From positions 40,671-104,670 of the forward strand of contig JBAYJO010000001.1 of assembly GCA_041665085.1 (NCBI GenBank): a stretch of 64,000 nucleotides of DNA, given 5' to 3'. Shown here piece after piece: positions 20,328-30,643 of this stretch (the first letter of the stretch is position 1; each line of letters starts with the position of its first letter). The notes beneath the pieces are model-generated. The model did no database searches. It had not been told where the DNA came from and saw nothing but the letters and a program-made list of their open reading frames with translations. The position numbers and the translations under genes are program-made. The DNA is from Patescibacteria group bacterium. GTDB lineage: Bacteria > Patescibacteriota > UBA1384 > JBAYJO01.

Positions 20328-20846
20328 ATGTGTATGGAAGATAAGCTTATTTTAGTTAATGAGCAGGATGAAGAGGTTGGAACCGAAGTTAAACTTGAGG
20401 TTCACGAAAAAGGCGCATTACATCGTGCTTTTTCTATTTTGGTTTTCGATTCATCGAAAAAGTTGATTATACAAAAACGGGCGGAAGGGAAGTATCATTC
20501 CGGTGGGCTTTGGGCAAATACTTGCTGCTCTCATCCTAGAGAGGGTGAAAAACTCGATGTGGCTATTCACAGGAGATTAAAAGAAGAAATGGGTTTTGAT
20601 TGTCAGTTGGAAGAAAAATTTTCATTTATATATGAAGTGAAATTAAATGATCTCAAAGAGCATGAATTTGATCATGTTTTTTTTGGTAATTATGATGGTG
20701 AAATTGAGCCTAATCCTAAAGAAGTTTCCGAAATAAAACGGGTGAGCTGGAGCGAATTAAGTCAGGATGTAGAAAAAAACCCAGATCAATATGCATATTG
20801 GTTTAAGATTATTGTTCGAGAGATAAATCAAAGAAAATTTATTTAA
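20328..20846 (+). CDS. idi: Isopentenyl-diphosphate delta-isomerase, type 1 (Nudix fold)
   Basis: WANTCCSHP and RRLKEEMG motifs. Confidence 0.8.
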   Translation: MCMEDKLILVNEQDEEVGTEVKLEVHEKGALHRAFSILVFDSSKKLIIQKRAEGKYHSGGLWANTCCSHPREGEKLDVAIHRRLKEEMGFDCQLEEKFSFIYEVKLNDLKEHEFDHVFFGNYDGEIEPNPKEVSEIKRVSWSELSQDVEKNPDQYAYWFKIIVREINQRKFI

Positions 20847-20860
20847 AAATAATTAATTAA

Positions 20861-20983
20861 TAATTTCTAATTTCTAATTTCTAATTAATTTCCAATATTT
20901 TAAATGTTTAATGTTAAATCCTTGATTATCCTTTGATCATTTATTAATTAGGATTTATTTAGTAATTAGTAATTAGAAATTTT
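20861..20983. repeat. TIR-bounded AT-rich element, copy A
   Basis: 5' (TAATTTC)n TAATTAATTTCCAAT and 3' TAGTAATTAGTAATTAGAAATT inverted ends. Lies between convergent genes. Confidence 0.55.
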
Positions 20984-20993
20984 GTAATTTTAG

Positions 20994-22076
20994 CTAGTAT
21001 TCTCGATATATCATATAGTGAGCAATGCCAAGCAGGAAGTCTTTTCCTTCTGAATTGAGTTCTATTTTTTCTAATGCATCGATTGCCTCATCAACTAATT
21101 TTTTGGCAAAATCCCTAGATTTATCCAATGCTCCGGTTTCAATAATTATTTTTTTTACATCTTCATGGTCTTCATTTGTGATATTTTTATTACCTAGATT
21201 TCTATTTATTATTTCTTTTTGAGCAGGCGAAGCCGATTCAAGAGCGTCAAAAATTAAAAGAGTTTTTTTGCCTTCCCTAATATCTGAAATAACAGGTTTG
21301 CCTATTTTTTCTTCAGAACCAAACATCCCAATTATGTCATCTTGAATTTGAAAAGCGGTGCCCATTGGTATGGTGTATTTTTCAAGATTTGTGATTTGTT
21401 CTTCTGTTGCGCCGGCAAGGATTGCCCCAAGTTTTACCGGTGTGTCAAAGGTATAAGGAGCTGTTTTTAATTCTTGAATCAAAATAATATCTTTTTTTGT
21501 AATATTTTCAGTGATTTGCGTAATTAAATCTAACGCTTCTCCGTAAATTTCTCGTTCATAAGTTTTGTTTAGCTCGGCAATTGCTTTTGATTGATTTTGA
21601 ATGTCAAAATTTGATGTAACTATGATTTCATTTGAATAAGCACAGGCTAAATCGCCAGCTAAAATTGCAATTGAAGTGCCGAAGTGGCGAGGATCAATTT
21701 TATTTTTGTATTTTTCATTGGCAATTTTCTCATAATCAGCGTGAATTGTTGTTTTGCCTCGTCTTAGTGAATCGTTGTCGATAATATCGTCATGAATTAA
21801 GAGAAAAGTTTGAGAGATTTCCATTGCCATTGATGCGTTTAAAGCGGATTTAGTATCTATTCCATCGTGAGCAAGATAACTGTAGTAGGCAAGTGCGGCG
21901 CGAATTCTTTTGCCTCCTCGAAGCGTCATATCTTTCACATGTTCGGCCAGTGCTTCGGCGTGAGGTGAGATATTTTTGGCATTTTCCACTTTTTGAGATA
22001 AAAATTTATCTAATTCAAGATCAATTTTAAGTTTAAAGTCTTGCAGTTGATTTATTGCTGTATTTATCTCGACCAT
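20994..22076 (-). CDS. Polyprenyl diphosphate synthase (FPP/GGPP synthase family)
   Basis: First Asp-rich motif LIHDDIIDND and second FQIQDDIIG. Confidence 0.85.
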   Translation of the reverse strand: MVEINTAINQLQDFKLKIDLELDKFLSQKVENAKNISPHAEALAEHVKDMTLRGGKRIRAALAYYSYLAHDGIDTKSALNASMAMEISQTFLLIHDDIIDNDSLRRGKTTIHADYEKIANEKYKNKIDPRHFGTSIAILAGDLACAYSNEIIVTSNFDIQNQSKAIAELNKTYEREIYGEALDLITQITENITKKDIILIQELKTAPYTFDTPVKLGAILAGATEEQITNLEKYTIPMGTAFQIQDDIIGMFGSEEKIGKPVISDIREGKKTLLIFDALESASPAQKEIINRNLGNKNITNEDHEDVKKIIIETGALDKSRDFAKKLVDEAIDALEKIELNSEGKDFLLGIAHYMIYREY

Positions 22077-22085
22077 ATTTTCCTT

Positions 22086-23864
22086 TTAAATTATTTCTAA
22101 TACTTTTTTGCAAATTCCATTAGCTGTTAAGCCATATTTTTCTCTAAGTTCGTTAATTTCTCCGTGTTCGATGAAATCTTCAATTCCAATTCTTACAACT
22201 TGAGTGTCTTGAATGTTTTGTTTTTGAAGCTCTTCCAAAATTGCGGAGCCAAAACCACCATCTAAAATATTTTCCTCAACAGTGATTATTTTACCGGTTT
22301 TTGCGGCATTTTTTACCATTTCCGAATCAATCGGTTTTACTGACCTGGCGTTATATACTGTTGCGTGGATATCATTCTTTTTAAGTAGATTTGATGCCTC
22401 AATAGCGGGATAGACCATGGATCCGATGGCTAAAATTGCAGCGTTGTTTCCTCGTCTTAACTTTTCTGCTTTTCCGATCTCGAGTTTTTCAAGAGTTCGG
22501 TTCATTGCGCTTCCGATGCCTGTCCCGCGAGGATAGCGAATGGCAATTGGACCTTCAGTGTATTGGGTGGCAGTGTAAAGCATATGCTGGAGTTCGTTTT
22601 CATCTTTTGGCGCCAAAATTATCATATGCGGGATATTTCTTAAATATGACAGGTCAAAAGCTCCGTGATGAGTTGGTCCATCGGATCCAACAAGGCCGGC
22701 TCGGTCAATCGCAAAAATTACTGGAATTTTTTGCAAAGCAACATCATGTAAGATTTGGTCGTAACTTCTTTGAAGAAAAGTGGAGTAAATGGCAACAACC
22801 GGTTTAAATCCTTCAAGCGCCAGGGCGGATGCAAATACAACAGCGTGTTCTTCAGCAATACCAGTATCGAAGAATCTCTCGGGGAATTCAAGAGCGAATT
22901 TATCGATTCCTGTTCCCGCAGGCATGGCTGCGGTTATGGCTATGATTTTTTTATCTTTTTTTGCCAGCTTAATTAAGGTATTGCCAAAGACTTTAGTGTA
23001 GGTTAGTTTTTTGGTGTCTTTGGATGTTTTTCCTGATTCCAAAATAAATGGGCTGGTTGAGTGAAATGCAGGGGGATTGTGTTCGGAGTAGTAATATCCA
23101 AGACCTTTTTTTGTTTCAATATGAATCAGTTTTGGTCCTGGTGTTTCTTGGGCAAGATTAAACACATCAATTAATTGTTTAATGTCGTGCCCATCGATGG
23201 GACCGAAATATTTAAATCCAAGAGAATGAAATATTGATTCAATATCGGTGTGAGGCTCTCCATTCATATGAATAGAGGAAAGTTTTTCCAGATAATTGGC
23301 TATGCCTCCGGTATTTTTTGAGATGGAAAATTTATTATCATTTAAAATTACTGTAAGATCGGTTTCTGTTGAACCAACATTATTTATACCTTCAAAAGTT
23401 AAGCCATTTGTTAGGCTGCCATCCCCGATAATTGCAACAACATGATTTTTTTCTTTTTTTAGATCGCGAGCTTGAGCAAAACCTAGCGCAGCCGAAACAG
23501 CCGTTCCGACATGACCGGCTCCATAGCAGTCGTGCTCGCTTTCTTCTCTTTTCAAATATCCACTTAGCCCGTCTTTTAATCTTAATGTTGAAAATTTTTC
23601 ATATCTTCCGGTGAGTAGTTTGTGTGTGTATGCCTGATGTCCGACATCCCAGACGATTTTATCTTCAGGGGAATTATATGAGTAGTGAAGTGCGATTGTG
23701 AGTTCGACTGTTCCCAAGTTTGGGGCTAAATGGCCACCGTTTTTTGCAACGGTTTTAATAAGGACTGTTCTGATTTCTTCAGATAGTTTTTTTAGCTGGG
23801 TAATCGGTAGCTTCTTTAAGTTTTTCGGACCTTTAATTTTTTTGAGTAAAGATTTTTTAAACAT
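22086..23864 (-). CDS. dxs: 1-deoxy-D-xylulose-5-phosphate synthase
   Basis: TPP-binding GDG region, DVGHQAYTHK, transketolase-like C-terminal domains. Confidence 0.9.
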   Translation of the reverse strand: MFKKSLLKKIKGPKNLKKLPITQLKKLSEEIRTVLIKTVAKNGGHLAPNLGTVELTIALHYSYNSPEDKIVWDVGHQAYTHKLLTGRYEKFSTLRLKDGLSGYLKREESEHDCYGAGHVGTAVSAALGFAQARDLKKEKNHVVAIIGDGSLTNGLTFEGINNVGSTETDLTVILNDNKFSISKNTGGIANYLEKLSSIHMNGEPHTDIESIFHSLGFKYFGPIDGHDIKQLIDVFNLAQETPGPKLIHIETKKGLGYYYSEHNPPAFHSTSPFILESGKTSKDTKKLTYTKVFGNTLIKLAKKDKKIIAITAAMPAGTGIDKFALEFPERFFDTGIAEEHAVVFASALALEGFKPVVAIYSTFLQRSYDQILHDVALQKIPVIFAIDRAGLVGSDGPTHHGAFDLSYLRNIPHMIILAPKDENELQHMLYTATQYTEGPIAIRYPRGTGIGSAMNRTLEKLEIGKAEKLRRGNNAAILAIGSMVYPAIEASNLLKKNDIHATVYNARSVKPIDSEMVKNAAKTGKIITVEENILDGGFGSAILEELQKQNIQDTQVVRIGIEDFIEHGEINELREKYGLTANGICKKVLEII

Positions 23865-24359
23865 CAGATTTATTTAATTGCTAATATTCGAATACTCTGT
23901 GGCTTGTCACAGAGATGAAGAATACTAAGATAGTACTTGTCGGACTTCGACGAGCTCAGTCGAGTCGCGGAGCCGACTTCCTCTGCAACGCACCCACCAT
24001 GATATCCTGCCAAAGCGGGGTTGGGTTCATTGATATTCTTAATATAGCAGGATTATGCAAAAATACTCAAGATCCGATTGATTTATCGTTGTTTGAGATG
24101 GTACATTGTGTTTAAATACAATTATGGCAAGTGAAAGAGAAATTAGGAAATTTGGTTTTTTCAAACTAACAGAGATTATTTTGGGTCGCTCCGAAGCGAA
24201 GCGGTAGTTATTTAATGCATTTTTTTAGAATACTTTTATATTATTTATCAGTCAGAAAACAAAACCCCCAGGTCCTTTGACAGAACTGGGGGGATTTAGC
24301 TTATTAACATGATCAGCGTGGGTGGTTATCAAAAGAAAAGTGATGTGTCCTCTAAGCTC

Positions 24360-24704
24360 CTATAGCAATTTACGAAGTTGGTTTGCCAGCTCTGGGAGAT
24401 CTTCTTCAACAACTTTCCAAACCTCATCAACATTCACATAATCGTATTCATGGACTAAGAGATTGCGCATCCCAATTGCTTCCTTAATGGGGAGATCGGG
24501 ATTTTTTTCTCTTAAATCGGTAGATAATTTTTTTGCTGCTTCACCTAAAATTTCCAAATTTCTCATAACAGCGTCTTGTATGAGCTTAGTGTTGGCGAAT
24601 TTTATGTAATCATAACCTTTACAGTATTCAAGAATCTGATCCGTAGCATCTAGCATATCTTTAAGATAAACTTCATCTTTTTTCATATAGAACTTTCGTA
24701 TCAT
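24360..24704 (-). CDS. HepT (HEPN-domain) toxin
   Basis: R-x4-HxY motif RNLLVHEY. Confidence 0.75.
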   Translation of the reverse strand: MIRKFYMKKDEVYLKDMLDATDQILEYCKGYDYIKFANTKLIQDAVMRNLEILGEAAKKLSTDLREKNPDLPIKEAIGMRNLLVHEYDYVNVDEVWKVVEEDLPELANQLRKLL

Positions 24705-24972
24705 TCAAAATATTTTTTTTGATACTTGGTTTAATGTTTTTTCTAGAGACCAGATCGACTGGTCGACCGAGCATTTCCTCTAAATCATATTGGATGCCCC
24801 CAATTTTCATAAGTGATTTAGTTTCTTCGAAATCAACCATTATATCAATATCGCTATCATCTTTCTCTTCTCCACGAGCAAAAGAACCAAAAATTCCAAA
24901 GTAATTAATTTGGTTTTTTTGGCAGTAGTCTTGAAGCTCAATTTTATTGTCGATTAGGAGTTGTTTTTTCAT
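24673..24972 (-). CDS. MntA minimal nucleotidyltransferase antitoxin
   Basis: GSFARGE...SDIDI (GS-x9-13-DxD). Overlaps HepT by 32 nt. Confidence 0.75.
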   Translation of the reverse strand: MKKQLLIDNKIELQDYCQKNQINYFGIFGSFARGEEKDDSDIDIMVDFEETKSLMKIGGIQYDLEEMLGRPVDLVSRKNIKPSIKKNILNDTKVLYEKR

Positions 24973-25101
24973 AACTTAATTTTATCAAATATTGCTCATT
25001 TTGCATATAGTAGAATTCATTAGCGTTCTAGTATGTTGTGGGTTTAAAATGTTTTTTTGAGGTAATATATAAATTAGATATTGAATCTATTTAGGAGGGA
25101 A

Positions 25102-25551
25102 GTGAAAAAAGTTTCACAGGCAATTTGGCTTGATTCTAAAAAAATTGAAAAACCTGTGAATTTAAGAAAAAAAACTTGGGCTTTTTTAATTTTTGAGCTT
25201 GAAAAAATGGATTATGATGATTTAATACAGCATTTAGGGGATTTGGGTTATGGTAATGCTAAAAAATTAGATAAATTCAAAGCATTGAAAATAATTGCTG
25301 ATTGCCCAGCGCCTTTTCTTTTGAGAATTGGAATTTTAAATTTTGCTGATTTGATGAGTAATACAGTTATTTCTTTAGACGAAGGTGTTGAATATATTAT
25401 TGATAAAAAAGCGGCAGATGAATTAAAATCAAGTACGCAATCTGTTGATCTAATTAGACTTTACGATAATAAATTAAAAAGGTTTGATCGAAAAGAAATT
25501 ATCCAATCAATATTTTCAGAAAAAGTTTTTGACCAACTATCTGAAAATTAA
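25102..25551 (+). CDS. Hypothetical protein (GTG start after RBS AGGAGGG)
   Basis: Its 5' region is duplicated at 26571-26668 and 27751-27840. Confidence 0.45.
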   Translation: MKKVSQAIWLDSKKIEKPVNLRKKTWAFLIFELEKMDYDDLIQHLGDLGYGNAKKLDKFKALKIIADCPAPFLLRIGILNFADLMSNTVISLDEGVEYIIDKKAADELKSSTQSVDLIRLYDNKLKRFDRKEIIQSIFSEKVFDQLSEN

Positions 25552-25564
25552 TAATTATTAGAAT

Positions 25565-25897
25565 TTATTTAAAATATTTTTTTTCCCAATCTTTAAAAAT
25601 GGCAATAAATTCTTGCCAAAGTTTTTCAGGATCGCCAGGAATGTGATGATCAGGAAGTTCCAAATCTCCCGCGACTGTTGCTATGTCAAACATTTCTTCG
25701 TCTTTTTCTATTTCCGGATCGAACATAAGTTCGGCAATTTGATAAGCAGTTTCTTTTCTGTCGATTTCTTTTTTCTCTAGTTTATCTAAAACTTTATTAA
25801 CAAAATCAACGAATTTTTTTCGTTCTTTGAATTTCTTTTTTTCTTCTTCAGGCGATAAATTTGTTTGTTCTGAAAAGATTTTCATAAAGTGTTTCAT
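25565..25897 (-). CDS. Hypothetical protein
   Basis: ORF only. Confidence 0.4.
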   Translation of the reverse strand: MKHFMKIFSEQTNLSPEEEKKKFKERKKFVDFVNKVLDKLEKKEIDRKETAYQIAELMFDPEIEKDEEMFDIATVAGDLELPDHHIPGDPEKLWQEFIAIFKDWEKKYFK

Positions 25898-25900
25898 ATT

Positions 25901-26113
25901 TTATTTTGAAGAAGTAATATCATTAAATGCTTTTATTACATCTTCCTTCTCAAATTCATCAAGAGCTAGAATATAATCGATTTCTCTGATTTTTTCTGGT
26001 TCACAATAAAAAACTAATCCAACTTTATCGGCAATGAATTTCAATTGATTTTTAGAGAGTTTAACTAATTTTTTTTTGAAATTTTCAAATTCTTTTTTAG
26101 TAAATTCAGACAT
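25901..26113 (-). CDS. Hypothetical protein
   Basis: ORF only. Forms a tight pair with 25565-25897. Confidence 0.4.
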   Translation of the reverse strand: MSEFTKKEFENFKKKLVKLSKNQLKFIADKVGLVFYCEPEKIREIDYILALDEFEKEDVIKAFNDITSSK

Positions 26114-26172
26114 ATTTGCTCCTATTAATCTTATTTATTGAGTGAGAGGACGAATGCCCTCTCACTCAGAGC

Positions 26173-26457
26173 TCATTGTTTGTTGACGGGTATGTCAACG
26201 GGCTGGCTGTTGTATCCTGGCGTGTCGTAGTTGTGGCCAACCTTTTCTGTATCACAACCACGGTTACTCACTGTTCTCTGGGTGTCTGTGTGGATGACTC
26301 CAGTTTTGTCTGGATGTTCTGGTGAAAACCTGATTCTTGTTTCTTTCGAGCTTCCGCCTGAGCCGCCACTACTCCCAGAGCTTTTATCACCTCCCGACGA
26401 GCCGGATTCGCCGCCCGATGACGGGCTAGTTCCGAAAATGGCATCCCATAAACCCAT
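26173..26457 (-). CDS. Hypothetical Gly/Ser-rich protein, GC-rich
   Basis: RBS AGGTG before ATG at 26457. A perfect 11-bp hairpin lies downstream (26128-26157). Confidence 0.4.
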   Translation of the reverse strand: MGLWDAIFGTSPSSGGESGSSGGDKSSGSSGGSGGSSKETRIRFSPEHPDKTGVIHTDTQRTVSNRGCDTEKVGHNYDTPGYNSQPVDIPVNKQ

Positions 26458-26673
26458 TACTGCACCTCTATTTGTGTGCGAATGCATGTGTTCTTATTGC
26501 TAAGTATATGTTGTTTTATCAAGCTGTCAAGAGTTCATTACTTTTTTTATGGATTAAAATATTGTATTCAAATGTTTTTTTGAGGTAATATATAAATTAG
26601 AGATAGAATCTATTTAGGAGGGAAGTGAATAAAGTTTTGAGGGCAATTTGGAATGAATTTATTGTCTAAAAAT

Positions 26674-27639
26674 TTACTTCTCTATGATTTGTAGTTTTAG
26701 TTCCAAAAAATTTGTATCTAGTTCTAAGATTTGTTCTTCTTTGTCTTTTATTTTTAGCCAATCTTCAATTAAATGGCATTTTTCTCCTAGAATTTCTTTT
26801 GCGATTTGATACCCCGAAGCGCATGCCGGATACATTCCTTTTCCAGTAAGTCCGGAGGCTAATCCCGCGGCATCACCTGCAAGATAAATATTATCAAATT
26901 TGTATCCTTGATAATCATAGTTTATTATTGACCCAGCGAATTTTCCTTTTGAAATATCAATATTATTTTTTTCAATCCATCTTTTCAAATTTTGAGTTAG
27001 CAATGGTAGGTTGGGGGATTTGTAATCAACTGCTGCTCCGACAGAAGTAAATTTATTATTTGGAAATATCCAAGCATAACCTTTATCAAATAATTGTTCA
27101 TCAACAAACATTTCGAAATCAGGATAAACCTTGGGAATGGTGTAATGGACAGCAGCTATAAATTTTTTTGTTTCGAGGCCAAGGAATTTTCGAACTATTG
27201 AAAATGAGCCGTCAGCACCAATTAAATATTTGAAATTTATTTCTAATCCATTAGCGGTTAGTTTATTTTTTTCAATATTTGTTATTTTTTGACCTAATTT
27301 AATATCAATATTCTTAAATTCAGAAAGTTCGTTTTTAAGTTTATTTAAAAAATCAGGCCTGCAAATTGAAGAGATCAAGCTCTGGTTAGTTGGCATTCTG
27401 TGTTTTTTATTTTTAGTTACGATTACTAGAGGTTTAAGGGAAAAGTTCATGCTTGATTCAGGAATAAATTGTATATCTTCGTCTTCTACGCCATAACCGC
27501 AGGGTTTTAATCCCAGTTCATTATTTTTTTCTAAAACCAAAACGTTTATGTTAGAATTTCCTAGCGCTTTTGCACAGTTTAATCCTGCAAAGCTTGCACC
27601 GATTATTACAATGTCATAAAAGTTTATTATCTTTTGCAT
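26674..27639 (-). CDS. Geranylgeranyl reductase family FAD-dependent oxidoreductase
   Basis: N-terminal FAD fold DIVIIGASFAGLNCA, LVLEKN, GDAAG. Confidence 0.7.
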   Translation of the reverse strand: MQKIINFYDIVIIGASFAGLNCAKALGNSNINVLVLEKNNELGLKPCGYGVEDEDIQFIPESSMNFSLKPLVIVTKNKKHRMPTNQSLISSICRPDFLNKLKNELSEFKNIDIKLGQKITNIEKNKLTANGLEINFKYLIGADGSFSIVRKFLGLETKKFIAAVHYTIPKVYPDFEMFVDEQLFDKGYAWIFPNNKFTSVGAAVDYKSPNLPLLTQNLKRWIEKNNIDISKGKFAGSIINYDYQGYKFDNIYLAGDAAGLASGLTGKGMYPACASGYQIAKEILGEKCHLIEDWLKIKDKEEQILELDTNFLELKLQIIEK

Positions 27640-27750
27640 GAGTTAATTTTATTTTAATAAATTGATTTTTGCAATAAATTTTCTTTTGTTATTTGAGTTG
27701 ATTTAATTAATAAATCGAGCTAATTTAGAGTTAATGAAAAATCAAATAAT

Positions 27751-27840
27751 AAAAATTGGAAAACCTGTAAATTTAAAAAAAAGACTTGGATTTTTTTAAT
27801 TTCTGGGCTTGAAAAAATTGATTATAGTAATTTATTACGG
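27751..27840 (+). pseudogene. Degraded fragment homologous to codons ~13-45 of the 25102 gene
   Basis: ~80% nucleotide identity to 25139-25228, with a frame disruption. Confidence 0.5.
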
Positions 27841-27912
27841 TAATCATCAGGTTAAAATCGTTCACGGAACAGAAATATTTCGTTAATAAATTCTTTTGTC
27901 ATCGATATTAAT

Positions 27913-28620
27913 CTATTTAGTCTTTGATTCATTCTCGATCAAAAATGGGTTGAAATTTGTTTTGTCATCAAAAGCGTCTTCCTTTTCCTCTTTTTTCAAA
28001 AAGCTTACAACTCGATAAGTCAAGGGGGTCATGATAACTTCTACACCCGTTTTGAATAAATAATTTGAAATAATAATTGTCAAGACAATGCCTGGGTTAA
28101 GGATTCCAATAAACGCAATACTAACAAAGAGTACAGAATCAACAAGTTCCCCCACTAAAGTCGATCCTATCGTCCTAGTCCATAACCATTTTCCCTTTGT
28201 AAAGACCTTCATCTTCGCCAAAATGTAGCTATTTGTAAATTCTCCAGCCCAGTATGCTATTAATGATGCTAGCACAATACGAGGAACTAAACTGAACAAG
28301 GCTTTAAATGCATCATTCCACTGCCAACTTTCATTTGGCGGAATTGCCGCCACAATAGCAAGCGTAATAGCCATAAGTATTGCCGAGATAAAACCGGTCC
28401 AGATAACCTTGCGTGATCCCGAATATCCGTACACCTCAGTTAATATATCGCCAAAGATATAGGAGAGAGGGAATAGTAATGTGCCACCATCAAATACAAA
28501 AGGGCCAATATTAATAATTTTGGTTGAGGCAATATTGCTGATTAACAGAACAGCTACAAAAAGGCCGGTGATTATAGGAAACCATTTATAATTTTCTAAT
28601 TTTCTTTCAGAGTTCTTCAT
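27913..28620 (-). CDS. Queuosine precursor transporter, YhhQ/COG1738 family
   Basis: Signature FPLSYIFGDILTEVYGY. Polytopic membrane protein. Confidence 0.75.
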   Translation of the reverse strand: MKNSERKLENYKWFPIITGLFVAVLLISNIASTKIINIGPFVFDGGTLLFPLSYIFGDILTEVYGYSGSRKVIWTGFISAILMAITLAIVAAIPPNESWQWNDAFKALFSLVPRIVLASLIAYWAGEFTNSYILAKMKVFTKGKWLWTRTIGSTLVGELVDSVLFVSIAFIGILNPGIVLTIIISNYLFKTGVEVIMTPLTYRVVSFLKKEEKEDAFDDKTNFNPFLIENESKTK

Positions 28621-28689
28621 AATTCATACATTTAATAATTAATATTGTTTAATTTGTATAATCTGGTAGGCTGTTCTAACACGAACAGC

Positions 28690-29385
28690 CTACCATGGAG
28701 ATAGTGGGGAGATGAAGCTCATCGCTTTTTGGACCGTTTCATCGATAGGTTTCTCATTGCACAGAACTATCCAATGAATTGGCTTCACAGAGAACGTTTC
28801 TATTAGTCGATCGAAGCACTCTTTATCGGCAACGTTTTTCTCAGCCATTCCTAGTTGAGTGTTGTCGAAATCAAGTAGGGCTGTTTCTCTGTTCGAGAAC
28901 CTTTCAATCGCCACTTCTGGAGAAGTTTCTAGATATATCAACTTCAAATCAGTGTAGCGGTTCAGTATCCCTAGTAATCTTGGATCCAGATCAGGAACAA
29001 ACTTTCCATTAACAAGCCCTGCTGATTTGCGAAGTGCTTTGGTCCGTCTAATGGAGAAATGTCCGTCAATAAGCAGTAGCTCGCTCTTTGATGCTAAAAA
29101 ACGCATCAGCACGAGCCAAGCGGCTCGTTCAATAAAGTCGTCGTGGTAAGGACCAATCTGATCCCAACCTGAGAGTCCCTCTGTTCCCCCAATCTCGACT
29201 ACGAGTTGACGTTGCTTGGCTGTTAGGCAGCCAGTCATACTTTGTATGACCGAGCATAGTGTTGTTTTGCCGGCACCATGATTACCTCCCACTACTGCTA
29301 CCTGTTTCACGCACAGCACCTCCTTATCTGTGAATACTCCATCTAATATACTAGATACCGAACTTTTGTCAATACAAATCGACAA
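28690..29385 (-). CDS. P-loop NTPase / predicted kinase (AAA_33-like), GC-rich
   Basis: Walker A GGNHGAGKTT. A perfect 12-bp hairpin lies downstream (28654-28684). Confidence 0.5.
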   Translation of the reverse strand: MSICIDKSSVSSILDGVFTDKEVLCVKQVAVVGGNHGAGKTTLCSVIQSMTGCLTAKQRQLVVEIGGTEGLSGWDQIGPYHDDFIERAAWLVLMRFLASKSELLLIDGHFSIRRTKALRKSAGLVNGKFVPDLDPRLLGILNRYTDLKLIYLETSPEVAIERFSNRETALLDFDNTQLGMAEKNVADKECFDRLIETFSVKPIHWIVLCNEKPIDETVQKAMSFISPLSPW

Positions 29386-29395
29386 GCCCTACTTC

Positions 29396-30643
29396 TTATC
29401 TTGAAATGATAATCTCACTAAATCCAGATATATAATTTTTTTCTATATTATACGATGACAGTACCTTGACTTTTTCTTTCTTTTTGACCTCCACAGCTTT
29501 GTTTTTATTGTTCATTATTAATTCGATAAGTTTAATTAGTTCTTTTGTATTGTGTTTACACAAAAAACCATTTTGCCAGTTTTGAATTATGCTTGTGAAG
29601 CATTGGATGTTGCTGTTGATAGTATATAAATCTTTATGAGAAATTAGTACTGCTTCGTTTGGAACAATTGGACTGAAATCTCTAAGTGGCATATTAATCA
29701 AAAATTTTGTGTTAGAGTATCTTAATAGATACTTTGGAAGGTCTGGCTCATAATCAAAAAATAAATAAATTTGTGAATTATCTTTTGCAATTTCTGCAAG
29801 ATTGTTTTGAATTTTTTCAATAAATGCTTCATCGCTAAAACTAGAAGCAATTAAAATTCCTATAAAATCGTCGTGCTTCTTGCAAAACTGAATCATACAA
29901 TTTAAAGAAAAATCCAGTCCTTTATATTCGTCAGCCCTTGCGTATGAAAAAATGATTTTTTTATCGAGAGGGATCTTTTTTTTGGCTAGAAACAATTTAA
30001 TTTGTTGTTTAGTTAATCTGGTGTATTTTTTAAGTTCATTAAAATTTAGACCATTCCTAAACTGAATCACCTTGTTATTGGGGATTGCAAGCTTCTTCTT
30101 TATTATTTCATCAACTGACTTAGATATTGATCCCAGAAAATAATTTGGTAATTTTTTTATTTTTGAGATTGCTTGATCCTCCCAACTACGAAGATCTTTT
30201 TCGTTACAATAACTTTGTTTGTGTACGCCAGCTAAGCTATGAGGAATCCAAACATTAATTAGATTCTTTTGATCCGTTAGAACTCCTGCAAAAATTGAGT
30301 CATTGGCTAAAACTATATTTTCGCCGGAATTATTATCCGAAATATGATGAATAATGCCAATAGCTTCTTTGTTATATTCTTTCCACAAAACCAGATCAAA
30401 ATAAGAGTTATTGAGAGATTTACGTCTTTTAATATAGAAATTATTACTCGAATTTCTTTTTGTGTCAGACAGAGATATTACAAACAAACTCAATAATATT
30501 CCTCGTTTAGCAAAGTAGGCTCTAACGTTAGACCATGACTTTGCAAAGTTTTGCGCAATTGTACCTACCCCGCAACGAGTTTCGGTTATTCCATCTTCGG
30601 TTAGATAGATAATATTAAATAATTTTTTTGAGTTCATCTTCAA
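29396..30643 (-). CDS. GT-B fold glycosyltransferase-like protein
   Basis: C-terminal domain pattern YARADEYKG ... PIVPNEAV is weakly GT4-like. Confidence 0.35.
   Translation of the reverse strand: MKMNSKKLFNIIYLTEDGITETRCGVGTIAQNFAKSWSNVRAYFAKRGILLSLFVISLSDTKRNSSNNFYIKRRKSLNNSYFDLVLWKEYNKEAIGIIHHISDNNSGENIVLANDSIFAGVLTDQKNLINVWIPHSLAGVHKQSYCNEKDLRSWEDQAISKIKKLPNYFLGSISKSVDEIIKKKLAIPNNKVIQFRNGLNFNELKKYTRLTKQQIKLFLAKKKIPLDKKIIFSYARADEYKGLDFSLNCMIQFCKKHDDFIGILIASSFSDEAFIEKIQNNLAEIAKDNSQIYLFFDYEPDLPKYLLRYSNTKFLINMPLRDFSPIVPNEAVLISHKDLYTINSNIQCFTSIIQNWQNGFLCKHNTKELIKLIELIMNNKNKAVEVKKKEKVKVLSSYNIEKNYISGFSEIIISR

Noticed and set aside
22436-23001. Several plus-strand ORFs of 60-123 aa
   Set aside because: They are antisense to dxs.
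23915-24115. 66-aa ORF in the dxs upstream region, and a possible TPP riboswitch
   Set aside because: No RBS. No TPP-riboswitch consensus (CUGAGA, ACCUGAUCUGGAUAAUGCCAGCG) on either strand.
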